From Bacteroidaceae bacterium (lineage in GTDB: Bacteria > Bacteroidota > Bacteroidia > Bacteroidales > Bacteroidaceae), in the NCBI GenBank assembly GCA_017647225.1, contig JAGCLA010000023.1, positions 198,663 to 262,662 on the forward strand: 64,000 nucleotides of DNA, written 5' to 3'. Shown piece by piece: positions 20,832-30,772 of the stretch. The notes under the pieces were generated by a model. That model had not been told where the DNA came from. It did no database searches and was given only the letters and a program-made list of their open reading frames with translations. The translations under genes and the position numbers were made by a program. Numbering within the stretch: the stretch's first letter is position 1; the number at the start of each line of letters is the position of its first letter.

Positions 20832-22283
20832 CTATCTTTTTCGTTTGAACAGGAAGTCTATAATTTCCCTAAGTTCTTCGCTACGCATAATCCATGCAAC
20901 AAATATATACAACACTACTGCTATCAAAACTCTTGCGACAAGCAGTATATATATATTTCCGATAAAGTTTGTGATTCCGTATGTTGCAAGCATCACCGCT
21001 ATCGACAACAACATGTATGGCAACATATCATACACAAACATTGAAAAAGTCAACGATATCTCTTTTTTCACAAAGTAGTTCCACACAAAAAGCCAGGCTA
21101 TGTTAAAGACGCAATATGCCACCAACATCGGTTTAATTCCGCATGGCGACATTGCAAGCAACATTGCAAGTGTCAACAAACCCTGCACTATCGTACACCA
21201 CATAAAGATGCGTGTGCGTCCTCTGCTGACAAGCAAGTGTGTAAGCATTGACTGTATCGGCATAAAAGCACCCCAGACAGCAAGTATCTGCAACATCTTG
21301 GCACTCTCAAGCCATTTTGACGTTATTACAACCACAATAAGTTCCTTAGCTACCAACGACATCCCAAGCATAAATGGAAAGGCCACAAAAGCGGTAAACC
21401 TTAACATTTTGCGAAACACGCGCAGTTGTCGCTCATTATCATCTACAACTTTTGCCAAAACAGGTTGCGACACAGCATTCACCATTCCGTTGACAACCTC
21501 TCCACCCATATTGAACCATTCGGCAGCTTTTGTGTAATTTCCGACATCTGCTTTATAGAATTTACCAAGAATGAATGAAAAGATGTTCCAATTGAAACGC
21601 TGGAATACGCTTGTAATCAACAGACGATAGCTGAAAGCAAACAGATACTTCAATGGCGCAAAGTTTACTTTAATTGTAGGACGCCATGGAGTATAATACC
21701 ATCGCACAAGAGTACGCACAAGCACATAAGCAATAGTCTGCGTGGCAATACCCCAATAGGAATACCCTTTAAGAGCCATGATAATACCTACAACTCCCGT
21801 TGCCACGACAGAGCATATTGAGGCTATCGAACTCTCCTTAACTTTCAGTTCCCTGAACAGATATGCCGAAGGAGCTATTCCGAAACCCGACACAACAAAG
21901 CCAAGGAAACTGTAACGGGAAAGAGGTATCAGTATCGGTTCGTTAAAGAAATCGGCCAACAACGGAGCGGAAGCATACAGTATGCCGTACATCAGGAACG
22001 AGATTATGATACTGAACCAGAAGACAGCATTATAATCATCATGTCCCACCGTCTTGCGGTTTGCTATGGCAACGACAAATCCGCTATCCTGCAAAGAGCC
22101 GGCTATAGCGGAAAATATGGCAAGCATACCTATTGGGCCATAGTCGGCAGGAGAGAGTATGCGTGCAAGAAAAATGCCGAATACAAGGCTCAGCACCTGG
22201 CATATAGCATTACTCATGCCGCCCCAAAGGAACCCCTTTGCGACAGCATGCTTAAGATTATTTCCGCTACCCTCCTTGCTCAT
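20832..22283 (-). CDS. wzx: MOP-superfamily polysaccharide/oligosaccharide flippase (Wzx-like)
   Basis: 483 aa, about 12-14 TM segments. The N-terminus AVAKGFLWGGMSNAICQVLSLVFGIFLARIL is typical of polysaccharide biosynthesis (Wzx) proteins. It starts 6 nt after the metG stop. Confidence 0.8.
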   Translation of the reverse strand: MSKEGSGNNLKHAVAKGFLWGGMSNAICQVLSLVFGIFLARILSPADYGPIGMLAIFSAIAGSLQDSGFVVAIANRKTVGHDDYNAVFWFSIIISFLMYGILYASAPLLADFFNEPILIPLSRYSFLGFVVSGFGIAPSAYLFRELKVKESSIASICSVVATGVVGIIMALKGYSYWGIATQTIAYVLVRTLVRWYYTPWRPTIKVNFAPLKYLFAFSYRLLITSVFQRFNWNIFSFILGKFYKADVGNYTKAAEWFNMGGEVVNGMVNAVSQPVLAKVVDDNERQLRVFRKMLRFTAFVAFPFMLGMSLVAKELIVVVITSKWLESAKMLQILAVWGAFMPIQSMLTHLLVSRGRTRIFMWCTIVQGLLTLAMLLAMSPCGIKPMLVAYCVFNIAWLFVWNYFVKKEISLTFSMFVYDMLPYMLLSIAVMLATYGITNFIGNIYILLVARVLIAVVLYIFVAWIMRSEELREIIDFLFKRKR

Positions 22284-22289
22284 CAGGAA

Positions 22290-24347
22290 TTACTTGATTT
22301 CGCTACCGGGCTTTGCTTGTGGAGTAACAGTGAGCAATGAGAGTTTGCCTTCGTTATCCTCGGCACTCAGAATCATACCCTCGCTGACAATTCCACGCAA
22401 TGTACGCGGTGGAAGATTGGCAATGAAACATACCTGCTTGCCAATAAGCTCTTCAGGATTGAAATGCTTTGCTATACCCGAGAGAATTGTACGTGTTTCA
22501 AGGCCGTCATCAATCTTGAATTGCAACAGTTTGTCAGCCTTAGGCACCTTTGCGCACTCAAGCACAGTACCCACACGAAGGTCAAGCTTCATAAAATCGT
22601 CGAATGAACATTCGGGACGGATTGGATTAGCCTTATAGTTTGCAGCCTCATTCTCTTTTTTGATACGGTCAAGACGATCGAGCTGTGCCTGAATGGCATC
22701 GTCCTCTATCTTCTCGAACAAAAGGCCTACCTCACCAAGTTCATGACCTTCGGCAAGCAGACTTACGCTGCCGAGACTTGTCCACTCGAACGAATTAAGA
22801 TTAAGCATTTCGCGTAGCTTCTTACTACTGAATGGCAAGAATGGCTCAAATACAATTGAAAGGTTTGCAACGAGCTGCAACGACAGGTTAAGTATTGTTG
22901 CCACACGGTTCATATCTGTCTTTGCCAACTTCCATGGCTCTGTCTCAGCGAGGTAGCGGTTACCGATACGTGCAAGTTCCATAGCCTCTTTCTGAGCATC
23001 GCGGAACTTGTATTGGTCAAGCAGATGCTCAACCTTTCCCTTTACATCGACAAACTCGGCAACAATAGCCTTATCATAATCAGTAAGTTCGCCGCATGCT
23101 GGAACCTTGCCGTCGAAATATTTCTTTGTAAGCACCAGAGCACGGTTCACGAAGTTACCATAAACGGCAACAAGCTCGTTGTTGTTACGTGCCTGGAAGT
23201 CCTTCCATGTAAAGTTGTTGTCCTTTGTTTCAGGAGCGTTGGCTGTAAGAACATAACGCAAAACGTCCTGCTTGCCGGGGAAATCTACAAGATATTCATT
23301 GAGCCAGACTGCCCAGTTACGCGATGTAGAGATTTTATCATCCTCAAGGTTCAGGAATTCATTGCTTGGTACGTTGTCGGGCATCACATACTTGCCGTGC
23401 GCCTTCATCATTACTGGGAAGATGATGCAATGGAACACGATATTGTCCTTGCCAATAAAATGTACAAGACGTGTATCCTCGCTCTGCCACCACTGTTCCC
23501 ATGTACCATGCTTTTCAGGATTTTTATCACACAATTCTTTTGTGTTCGAGATGTATCCGATAGGGGCATCGAACCAAACATAGAGTACCTTGCCGTCGGC
23601 ACCCTCCACGGGAACGGGGATTCCCCAATCAAGGTCACGTGTCATGGCGCGTGGCTGCAAGTCCATGTCGAGCCAACTCTTGCACTGTCCATATACGTTG
23701 GGACGCCACTCCTTATGGTTCTCCAGAATCCACTCTTTCAACCACTGCTGGTAGTCGTTGAGTGGCAGGTACCAGTTCTTTGTCTCCTTGAGTACAGGAG
23801 CCTCGCCTGTCTCCTTTGAACGTGGATTTATAAGTTCAGTTGGTTCAAGAGCACGGCCACATCCCTCCTCGCACTGGTTTCCATATGCCTGTTTGTGACA
23901 GTAGGGGCATTCGCCCACGACATCGCGGTCAGTAAGGAACTTTTCGTTCTTGACATCATAGAACTGCTTTGATGTCTGCTCTACGAGTTTTCCGTCATCG
24001 TAGAGTTTGCGGAAGAATTCTGATGCGAATTTGTGATGAGTCTCAGATGTTGTACGGCTATACACATCGAACGAGATGCCGAAGCCCTCGAATGAATCCT
24101 TTATTATGTTGTGATAACGATCAACCACATCCTGCGGAGTGATACCTTCTTTGCGCGCACGCTGTGTAACAGGTACACCATGCTCATCGCTACCACCGAT
24201 AAACAAAACATCTTCGCCTTTCAAACGCAAGTAACGTACATAGATGTCGGCTGGAACATAAACACCGGCAAGGTGACCTATGTGTACAGGGCCATTCGCA
24301 TATGGAAGAGCCGATGTAACAAGAGTTCTTTTGAATTTCTTTTCCAT
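22290..24347 (-). CDS. metG: Methionine--tRNA ligase
   Basis: 685 aa. HIGH motif ([12 protein letters not shown]), KMSKS-type loop (KISTSRNW), Zn knuckle CPYC..C..C, and a C-terminal EMAP/tRNA-binding domain. Confidence 0.95.
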   Translation of the reverse strand: MEKKFKRTLVTSALPYANGPVHIGHLAGVYVPADIYVRYLRLKGEDVLFIGGSDEHGVPVTQRARKEGITPQDVVDRYHNIIKDSFEGFGISFDVYSRTTSETHHKFASEFFRKLYDDGKLVEQTSKQFYDVKNEKFLTDRDVVGECPYCHKQAYGNQCEEGCGRALEPTELINPRSKETGEAPVLKETKNWYLPLNDYQQWLKEWILENHKEWRPNVYGQCKSWLDMDLQPRAMTRDLDWGIPVPVEGADGKVLYVWFDAPIGYISNTKELCDKNPEKHGTWEQWWQSEDTRLVHFIGKDNIVFHCIIFPVMMKAHGKYVMPDNVPSNEFLNLEDDKISTSRNWAVWLNEYLVDFPGKQDVLRYVLTANAPETKDNNFTWKDFQARNNNELVAVYGNFVNRALVLTKKYFDGKVPACGELTDYDKAIVAEFVDVKGKVEHLLDQYKFRDAQKEAMELARIGNRYLAETEPWKLAKTDMNRVATILNLSLQLVANLSIVFEPFLPFSSKKLREMLNLNSFEWTSLGSVSLLAEGHELGEVGLLFEKIEDDAIQAQLDRLDRIKKENEAANYKANPIRPECSFDDFMKLDLRVGTVLECAKVPKADKLLQFKIDDGLETRTILSGIAKHFNPEELIGKQVCFIANLPPRTLRGIVSEGMILSAEDNEGKLSLLTVTPQAKPGSEIK

Positions 24348-24408
24348 TTCTGTATGTTTTTTTGATTTTAATACTCAACAGTAACCGCACAAACGTGCAT
24401 GCAATTTA

Positions 24409-24416
24409 CAAAAGTA
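24409..24416 (-). promoter_or_regulatory. Candidate -7 promoter box (TACTTTTG) for the metG array
   Basis: The reverse complement of caaaagta matches TAnnTTTG, about 60 nt upstream of the metG ATG. Confidence 0.45.
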
Positions 24417-24484
24417 ATTATTTTATTTTAATTAACGTGTATGCGCGAGGCAAAAGCATAATGTATATTTTCAATAAAAAGTAT

Positions 24485-24492
24485 TATCTTCG
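24485..24492 (+). promoter_or_regulatory. Candidate -7 promoter box variant (TATCTTCG) for the acyltransferase-GT4 pair
   Basis: TATCTTCGCA lies 55 nt upstream of the ATG at 24547. The same 10-mer recurs upstream of dapB and mutS. Confidence 0.4.
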
Positions 24493-24546
24493 CAAAATCA
24501 GAAATACATCACACGACATTATAAAAAACATCACAATTATAAAAAC

Positions 24547-25710
24547 ATGCAAAAAAACACAATTTCACCGAAACCTTTTACCGTTACAAAACCACATTAC
24601 GAGCTGCTTGACGGCTTGCGCGGTGTTGCAGCCGTTCTTGTTTTGTTTTACCATATTTTCGAAGGATTCTCCTTTGCTGAAATTACAAATGAAGCCGGCA
24701 ACGGCATTATAAAAACTCTAAACCACGGACACATTGCTGTAGATTTCTTTTTCATATTGTCAGGATTTGTGATAAGCTATGCATACGACGACCGTTGGAA
24801 GAGTATGGGAACATGGCAATTCTTCAAACGCCGCCTCATCCGTCTGCATCCAATGCTTTTGATGGGAGCAATTATAGGCACAATCGCATTTGCCTTTGTA
24901 GGATTTGAGAAATGGGACGGAAACACAGCGCCAACAGGGTGGGTTATGACAGCTATGTTGCTTACAATGTTCATGATTCCCGCAGTTCCCGGTGTTCCTT
25001 ACGAGGTACGAGGCAACGGGGAGATGTTCCCCTTGAACGGACCGGCATGGTCACTGTTTTTTGAATACATTGGTAATATTCTATACGCACTTATCATACG
25101 CCGTTTATCCACAAAAATGCTTGCGCTCCTTACTGTAATATTAGGATGCCTTCATGCATGGTTCTTTATTGGCAACATTTCCGGATATGACATGATTGGT
25201 GTCGGCTGGACAATCGATAAAGTAAACTTCTGGGGCGGATTCATACGCATGCTCTTCCCATTCACAATGGGTATGCTCATGGCACGCACATTCAAGCCGC
25301 GCAAGGTAAAGGGTGCTTTTTGGGTATGTAGCGCAATGCTCATAGCACTGTTCTCTGTACCACATATTGTTCCTGTGAACAATATAAGCCTCAACAGCCT
25401 TTATGAATTTATCTGCGTAGCAACCATATTCCCATTCATTGTGTGGTTGGGCGCATGTGGCAGCTGCGGAGCAAAAGGCACAAGAATAAACAAGGTGCTT
25501 GGAGAGATATCCTATCCGTTGTATATAGTACACTACCCCATAATGTACCTGTTCTATGCATGGCTTATCAAAAATGAATACTACAATCTTTGCGACTGTT
25601 GGGGTATGGCTTTGCTTGTTGTTGTTTCAAGTATTGTACTTGCCTTTCTATGCCTTAAACTGTATGACGAGCCTGTACGCAGATGGCTTACAAAGAAAAA
25701 CAGACAGTAA
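24547..25710 (+). CDS. Acyltransferase family 3 membrane protein (OafA-like O-acyltransferase)
   Basis: 387 aa, about 10 TM segments. The N-terminal YELLDGLRGVAAVLVLFYH motif is typical of acyltransferase_3. Confidence 0.85.
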   Translation: MQKNTISPKPFTVTKPHYELLDGLRGVAAVLVLFYHIFEGFSFAEITNEAGNGIIKTLNHGHIAVDFFFILSGFVISYAYDDRWKSMGTWQFFKRRLIRLHPMLLMGAIIGTIAFAFVGFEKWDGNTAPTGWVMTAMLLTMFMIPAVPGVPYEVRGNGEMFPLNGPAWSLFFEYIGNILYALIIRRLSTKMLALLTVILGCLHAWFFIGNISGYDMIGVGWTIDKVNFWGGFIRMLFPFTMGMLMARTFKPRKVKGAFWVCSAMLIALFSVPHIVPVNNISLNSLYEFICVATIFPFIVWLGACGSCGAKGTRINKVLGEISYPLYIVHYPIMYLFYAWLIKNEYYNLCDCWGMALLVVVSSIVLAFLCLKLYDEPVRRWLTKKNRQ

Positions 25711-26960
25711 TGAAAGTTGTTATTGTAAATACGAAACAAAAAAGCGGTGGAGCAGCCATTGCGTCTTTTTCGTTGTTCAAAGCCCTGCAACGTGAAGGGG
25801 TCGATGCGACCTTTGTCACAACAGAGGAAGGAGAGAACGGGAAAGGGGTTGTAGTGCTTACAAAGAGTTTGTTCGGACGAATAAAATATAAAATGAAATT
25901 CCTGTGGGAGAGGGTCATAATATGGATTGCAAACAGATTTTCACGCAAAGGTCTTTTTGCCGTCTCCACAGCTGATTGCGGTTTTGACATTTCCCGACTG
26001 CCCGAGGTACAGAATGCCGATATTATCCACCTGCATTGGATAAACCAGGGCATGTTGTCAATAAAGGGAATGGCACAACTTATTGCAAGCGGAAAGCCGA
26101 TAGTCATTAGCACCCACGACATGTGGTATTCAACAGCAATATGCCACCATGCCGCCACCTGTAAAAAGCAGAGCAACGGATGTAAGGATTGCCCTCAGTT
26201 GGCAGGAAATTCAAGGTTCGACCTTGCACAAAAAGTATGGGAGCAGAAAAAGGAACTCTATAAAGAGAATGTAACGTTTGTTGCAATAAGCAAATGGACC
26301 GATGACTGCTTGAACAGAAGCGCTCTGACAGCCAATTGCCGAAGAATAATAATACCGAACGCAGTAGATGACACTCTGTTCTTTGAAAGGAACCGTATGG
26401 AAATACGAAAAAGGCTGGACATCAAGCCCGAGGAAACAGCCATTGTTTTCGGTGCAGCAAAGCTCAATGATAAGATTAAAGGTGCCGACATGCTGTTTGA
26501 AGCTATTTCACGCAGCAGCATAAAAGAGCGTCTTGTCCTGATAATGTTCGGAAACATCAAGGACAATGATGATTTTCTGCAGCGTGTTCCTTGCCGATAT
26601 ATCCATTTAGGAAGTATCAGCGACAAAGAGAAACAGGCCGAGATATATTCTGCTGCCGATTTTACAGTTGTTCCGTCGCACTACGAAACATTTTCGCTTG
26701 TCGTTGCCGAATCGATGTTATGCGGTACACCGGCAATAGCTTTTGACAACAGTGCCACAGCCGAACATATCCGACACAAGAGAAACGGATACATAGCCCA
26801 TTATCCCGACATTGACGATTTGAAGGACGGCATTGAGTGGATGGCCGACAACCATAGCGGAATGCGTATGGAATGCGCAGAGACCATGCGTGGAAAAGTC
26901 AGCCCACAGCATGTTGTGCAGCAGCATATTGAGCTTTATAGAAGCTTGTTGACAGAATAG
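25710..26960 (+). CDS. Glycosyltransferase family 4 (GT-B fold)
   Basis: ORF 25683..26960, trimmed to the ATG at 25710 (MKVVIVNTKQKSGGAAIA..), which overlaps the upstream stop (TAATG). C-terminal GT1/GT4 signature ..VVPSHYETFSLVVAESMLCGTPAIAF.. Confidence 0.85.
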   Translation: MKVVIVNTKQKSGGAAIASFSLFKALQREGVDATFVTTEEGENGKGVVVLTKSLFGRIKYKMKFLWERVIIWIANRFSRKGLFAVSTADCGFDISRLPEVQNADIIHLHWINQGMLSIKGMAQLIASGKPIVISTHDMWYSTAICHHAATCKKQSNGCKDCPQLAGNSRFDLAQKVWEQKKELYKENVTFVAISKWTDDCLNRSALTANCRRIIIPNAVDDTLFFERNRMEIRKRLDIKPEETAIVFGAAKLNDKIKGADMLFEAISRSSIKERLVLIMFGNIKDNDDFLQRVPCRYIHLGSISDKEKQAEIYSAADFTVVPSHYETFSLVVAESMLCGTPAIAFDNSATAEHIRHKRNGYIAHYPDIDDLKDGIEWMADNHSGMRMECAETMRGKVSPQHVVQQHIELYRSLLTE

Positions 26961-26971
26961 AAAAAATTCAC

Positions 26972-26979
26972 TATCTTCG
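26972..26979 (+). promoter_or_regulatory. Candidate -7 promoter box variant (TATCTTCG) for dapB
   Basis: TATCTTCGCA lies 22 nt upstream of the dapB ATG. Confidence 0.4.
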
Positions 26980-27000
26980 CAGACAAAATACATTATTAAA

Positions 27001-27756
27001 ATGAAAATAGCACTTATAGGATACGGAAAGATGGGCAAGACCATTGAGAAAATTGCCCTTGAGAGAGGTCATGAGATTGTATCAATAATTGACATAAACA
27101 ACCACGACGACATCAAAGGCGAGGCATTTGCCAGTGCCGATGTAGCCATTGAATTTACAGCTCCACACGTTGCTTATGACAACTGCATCAAAGCCATGGA
27201 GGCAGGAGTAAAGGTTGTAAGCGGCAGTACAGGCTGGTATCATCAGCACGAGGCAGAGATGCGCGAGAAATGCGAGAAAGAGGGAAAAACTCTCTTTTGG
27301 TCGAGCAATTTCAGCCTTGGCGTGGCCATATTCTCGGCAGTAAACAAATACCTTGCAAAAATAATGAACCGCTTCCCCGTTTATGATGTAAAGATGGAGG
27401 AGACACACCACATACACAAGCTCGACGCTCCAAGCGGTACAGCCATTACACTTGCCGAAGGTATATTGGAGAACCTTGACCGTAAGGCAAACTGGATTAT
27501 GGGCGACCTTACAAACCCCGACGGCTCGGTAACAGACGGCGTTGCACCGAAAGCAGAAGAATTGAAGATTGATGCCATCCGCCGCGACGAAGTACCGGGA
27601 ATACACACCATAACATACGATTCACCGGCCGACACAATAACAATAACCCACGATGCACACAACCGCAGCGGTTTTGCTCTTGGCGCAGTATTGGCAGCAG
27701 AGTATGTTAAGGAACACAACGGTCTGCTTGGCATGAGCAACATGTTTGATTTTTAA
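27001..27756 (+). CDS. dapB: 4-hydroxy-tetrahydrodipicolinate reductase
   Basis: 251 aa. N-terminal KIALIGYGKMGK dinucleotide-binding motif and the EETHHIHKLDAPSGTA signature. Confidence 0.93.
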   Translation: MKIALIGYGKMGKTIEKIALERGHEIVSIIDINNHDDIKGEAFASADVAIEFTAPHVAYDNCIKAMEAGVKVVSGSTGWYHQHEAEMREKCEKEGKTLFWSSNFSLGVAIFSAVNKYLAKIMNRFPVYDVKMEETHHIHKLDAPSGTAITLAEGILENLDRKANWIMGDLTNPDGSVTDGVAPKAEELKIDAIRRDEVPGIHTITYDSPADTITITHDAHNRSGFALGAVLAAEYVKEHNGLLGMSNMFDF

Positions 27757-27765
27757 TAAAAAGAG

Positions 27766-29205
27766 ATGGAGTTCAGAATATTCAACAGAGAGGTAAAGAC
27801 CTCAAAAAAGGAACTTGTAAAGTTAAGTATATTGTTAGTCCTTTACATTCTGTTCCTTGTATGGGTGAAGAGTTGGATGGGAATAATTGTCATTCCATTC
27901 ATCATCGACTGCTACACAACACGTTTTATCCCCTGGAACTGGTGGAAAACGTCAAAAAACGCAACGGTACGTAAGGTTATGGGCTGGGTCGATGCTATAG
28001 TCTTTGCTCTTGTTGCCGTATATTTTGTACACCTCTATTTTTTTCAGAACTACGTAATTCCGACATCGTCACTCGAAAAATCGTTGCTTGTCGGCGACTA
28101 CCTGTTCGTAAGCAAATACAATTACGGTCCACGTAAGCCACAGACCCCGTTGAGTATGCCTTTGACACAGCACACAATGCCTGTTATTGGAGGTAAGAGC
28201 TATATCGATGCCATACAGTGGGATTATGAACGCGTGCCGGGACTGGAAAACATTGAGCGCGGCGACATTGTAGTATTCAACTACCCTGCCGGCGATGTAG
28301 CAACCAACAACCCCGAAGTAATCGATTTCCATTCGTTGTGCTACGAACTTGGCCGTCAGCTTAACCCCGACCTCACCGTTGAGGGCAAAACCATTGAAGA
28401 GGCAAGAGCTGTTTATGAAACATATTACAACGACGGAAAGCAATATATAAAGGAACGCCCAAATGTGTTCGGCGAAATTGTAAACCGCCCAGTTGACCGT
28501 CGCGAGAACTATGTAAAACGCTGTGTAGGACTCCCAGGCAATACCCTTGAGATAAAAGACAAGGTAATACACATTGACGGCAAGCCCGTTGAACAGCCCG
28601 AGAACGTACAGTTCAACTACAACGTACAGTTGGCACAGAGCATACCCGAAAGCCTTCGTCGCAGCCTTGACATAAGCAAAGACGACATTGCGATGTTGAA
28701 GCATACAGGACAGTTGCCACTTACATACGAGAACTACAACAAGCTAAAGGACAATACCAAGCTTGTAAAGGAGATAAGCATTGTCGATAACGACTACACG
28801 CAAGGCATATACCCTCTTAACGGCAACACAGGCTGGAGTGTAGATAATTACGGTCCCGTATGGATTCCGAAGAAAGGGGAAAGCATAGCACTCACACTCG
28901 ACAACATTGCCGTTTATGAGCGTCCTATCGTCGATTACGAAGGAAACAGCCTTGAGGTCAAGAATGGAAAGATATTCATCAACGGAAAGGAGAGCAACAG
29001 CTACACATTCAAGATGGATTACTATTGGATGATGGGCGACAACCGTCACAACAGCGCCGACTCGCGTTGTTGGGGTTTTGTTCCCGAGGACCACATCGTA
29101 GGCAAGCCATTGTTCATTTGGCTGTCATTGGACAAGGACCGCAGCTGGTTCGACGGCAAGGTGCGTTGGGAACGTCTGTTCCGTTGTGTCGAGAGTTTCA
29201 AATAA
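27766..29205 (+). CDS. lepB: Signal peptidase I (long Bacteroidota form)
   Basis: 479 aa. N-terminal TM segments, a catalytic Ser region (..TSSLEKSLLVGDYLFVSK), KRCVGLPG, and the GDNRHNSADSR box. Confidence 0.9.
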   Translation: MEFRIFNREVKTSKKELVKLSILLVLYILFLVWVKSWMGIIVIPFIIDCYTTRFIPWNWWKTSKNATVRKVMGWVDAIVFALVAVYFVHLYFFQNYVIPTSSLEKSLLVGDYLFVSKYNYGPRKPQTPLSMPLTQHTMPVIGGKSYIDAIQWDYERVPGLENIERGDIVVFNYPAGDVATNNPEVIDFHSLCYELGRQLNPDLTVEGKTIEEARAVYETYYNDGKQYIKERPNVFGEIVNRPVDRRENYVKRCVGLPGNTLEIKDKVIHIDGKPVEQPENVQFNYNVQLAQSIPESLRRSLDISKDDIAMLKHTGQLPLTYENYNKLKDNTKLVKEISIVDNDYTQGIYPLNGNTGWSVDNYGPVWIPKKGESIALTLDNIAVYERPIVDYEGNSLEVKNGKIFINGKESNSYTFKMDYYWMMGDNRHNSADSRCWGFVPEDHIVGKPLFIWLSLDKDRSWFDGKVRWERLFRCVESFK

Positions 29206-29212
29206 CAGAAGA

Positions 29213-29821
29213 ATGGAACTGTTGTCACACCCGTTATACCTCGCTCCCATACCATTGTACGCACAGCTATACAAGTGCAAGGCATTGGTAATAAACAGTG
29301 ACGAGCCGTTTGTCAAGCAGACATACCGCAACCGTGCGGTTATAGCCACAGAGAACGGCACACAGAACCTCACGATACCGGTAATACACGACGGTGGCAG
29401 GATAGCAATGCGCGACGTGCGGATAAGCGAACACGGCAATTGGCGTCACCAGCATTGGAACGCAATGGTAAGCGCATACCGCAAGAGCCCGTTCTTCGAC
29501 TATTATGCCGATGACTTTGCACATTTCTATGAAGAGCGCGATGGCTTTCTGATGGATTTCAATTTACGCCTGCACCAAGTGATAAGCGAACTGTTAGGGC
29601 TTGACAGAGAGGTAAGGATTATAGACAACAGCAATAAAGCAACCGGATTCATTGATCTGCGGCATATAGCCGAGCCAAAAGCATTGGCAGACATGGAAGG
29701 CTACACGCCACAGCCCTATTACCAGGTATTTGCACAACGTAACGGTTTTATTCCAAACCTCAGCATATTGGATTTGCTTTTCAACATGGGCCCAGAAGGG
29801 CTGATTGTTTTAAGAGGATAA
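29213..29821 (+). CDS. WbqC-family protein
   Basis: ORF 29186..29821, trimmed to the ATG at 29213 (MELLSHPLYLAPIPLYAQL..). The KQTYRNRAVIATENGTQNLTIPV motif is typical of WbqC. dapB-lepB-wbqC is a recurrent Bacteroidota arrangement. Confidence 0.8.
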   Translation: MELLSHPLYLAPIPLYAQLYKCKALVINSDEPFVKQTYRNRAVIATENGTQNLTIPVIHDGGRIAMRDVRISEHGNWRHQHWNAMVSAYRKSPFFDYYADDFAHFYEERDGFLMDFNLRLHQVISELLGLDREVRIIDNSNKATGFIDLRHIAEPKALADMEGYTPQPYYQVFAQRNGFIPNLSILDLLFNMGPEGLIVLRG

Positions 29822-29860
29822 TAATTAATCCGAAAGTCAAATTGACTTTCGGATTAATTA
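29822..29860 (+). terminator. Hairpin terminator after wbqC (39-nt perfect palindrome)
   Basis: TAATTAATCCGAAAGTC-aaatt-GACTTTCGGATTAATTA starts immediately after the stop codon. Confidence 0.75.
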
Positions 29861-29952
29861 TATCATATCACTTGCATGCAGACGGACGATACAATCTCCA
29901 CTATCATCGTTCCACGGCAATTCTTAGTCAATCGTTACAAGTTTAAAAACAA

Positions 29953-29980
29953 CTGAGTGCGACTTTGCAGTCGCACTCAG
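29953..29980 (-). terminator. Hairpin terminator of the frdCAB operon
   Basis: CTGAGTGCGACT-ttgc-AGTCGCACTCAG, a 12-bp GC-rich stem 22 nt past the frdB stop, followed on the minus strand by TTGTTTTTAAAC. Confidence 0.8.
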
Positions 29981-30001
29981 CCTTAATTATTATAAGGAGT
30001 A

Positions 30002-30757
30002 TCAATCCTTCATCTTAGCCTTGATGAACTCGCGGTTCAAGCGTGCGATGTTGCTGATTGAAACACACTTTGGACACTCTGCCTCACATGCACGTGTGTT
30101 TGTACAGTTACCGAAACCAAGTTCGTCCATCTTGGCAACCATTGCCTTAACACGTTTCTTAGCTTCAACCTTACCTTGTGGCAACAATGCGAACTGGCTA
30201 ACCTTTGCAGAAACGAACAACATAGCCGAACCGTTCTTACATGCAGCAACACAAGCACCACAACCGATACATGCTGCTGCGTCCATAGCCTCTTCAGCAA
30301 CGTCCTTACCGATAGGAATTGCATTGGCATCGGGCATACCGCCTGTATTGATTGATACATAACCGCCGGCCTGCTGTATCTTGTCGAACGCTGTACGGTC
30401 AACCATAAGGTCGCGGATTACAGGGAAGCCTGCTGAACGCCAAGGCTCAACAGTGATTGTATCACCGTCCTTGAAACGACGCATATACAACTGACATGTT
30501 GTTGCACCTGTTGCAGGGCCGTGTGGGTGACCGTTCACATAGAGTGAACACATACCGCAGATACCCTCGCGACAGTCGTGGTCGAACACGATTGGCTCTT
30601 TGTTCTCATTTACCAACTGCTCGTTAAGAATATCGAGCATCTCAAGGAATGAGGTATCGCCCGGAATGTCCTTCATCTGATATGTCTCAAATGCACCTTT
30701 AGCTTTAGGACCTCTCTGGCGCCATACTTTCAATGTAAAACTTATATTTTTATCCAT
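30002..30757 (-). CDS. frdB: Fumarate reductase / succinate dehydrogenase iron-sulfur subunit
   Basis: 251 aa. Three Cys clusters: [33 protein letters not shown]. Confidence 0.93.
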   Translation of the reverse strand: MDKNISFTLKVWRQRGPKAKGAFETYQMKDIPGDTSFLEMLDILNEQLVNENKEPIVFDHDCREGICGMCSLYVNGHPHGPATGATTCQLYMRRFKDGDTITVEPWRSAGFPVIRDLMVDRTAFDKIQQAGGYVSINTGGMPDANAIPIGKDVAEEAMDAAACIGCGACVAACKNGSAMLFVSAKVSQFALLPQGKVEAKKRVKAMVAKMDELGFGNCTNTRACEAECPKCVSISNIARLNREFIKAKMKD

Positions 30758-30772
30758 TGCTTACAAATTTTA

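Noticed and set aside
25105-25113. Perfect DnaA-box 9-mer TTATCCACA.
   Set aside because: It is a single copy inside the acyltransferase coding region, with no cluster of boxes, no AT-rich unwinding element and no dnaA/dnaN nearby. I treat it as chance and not as oriC.
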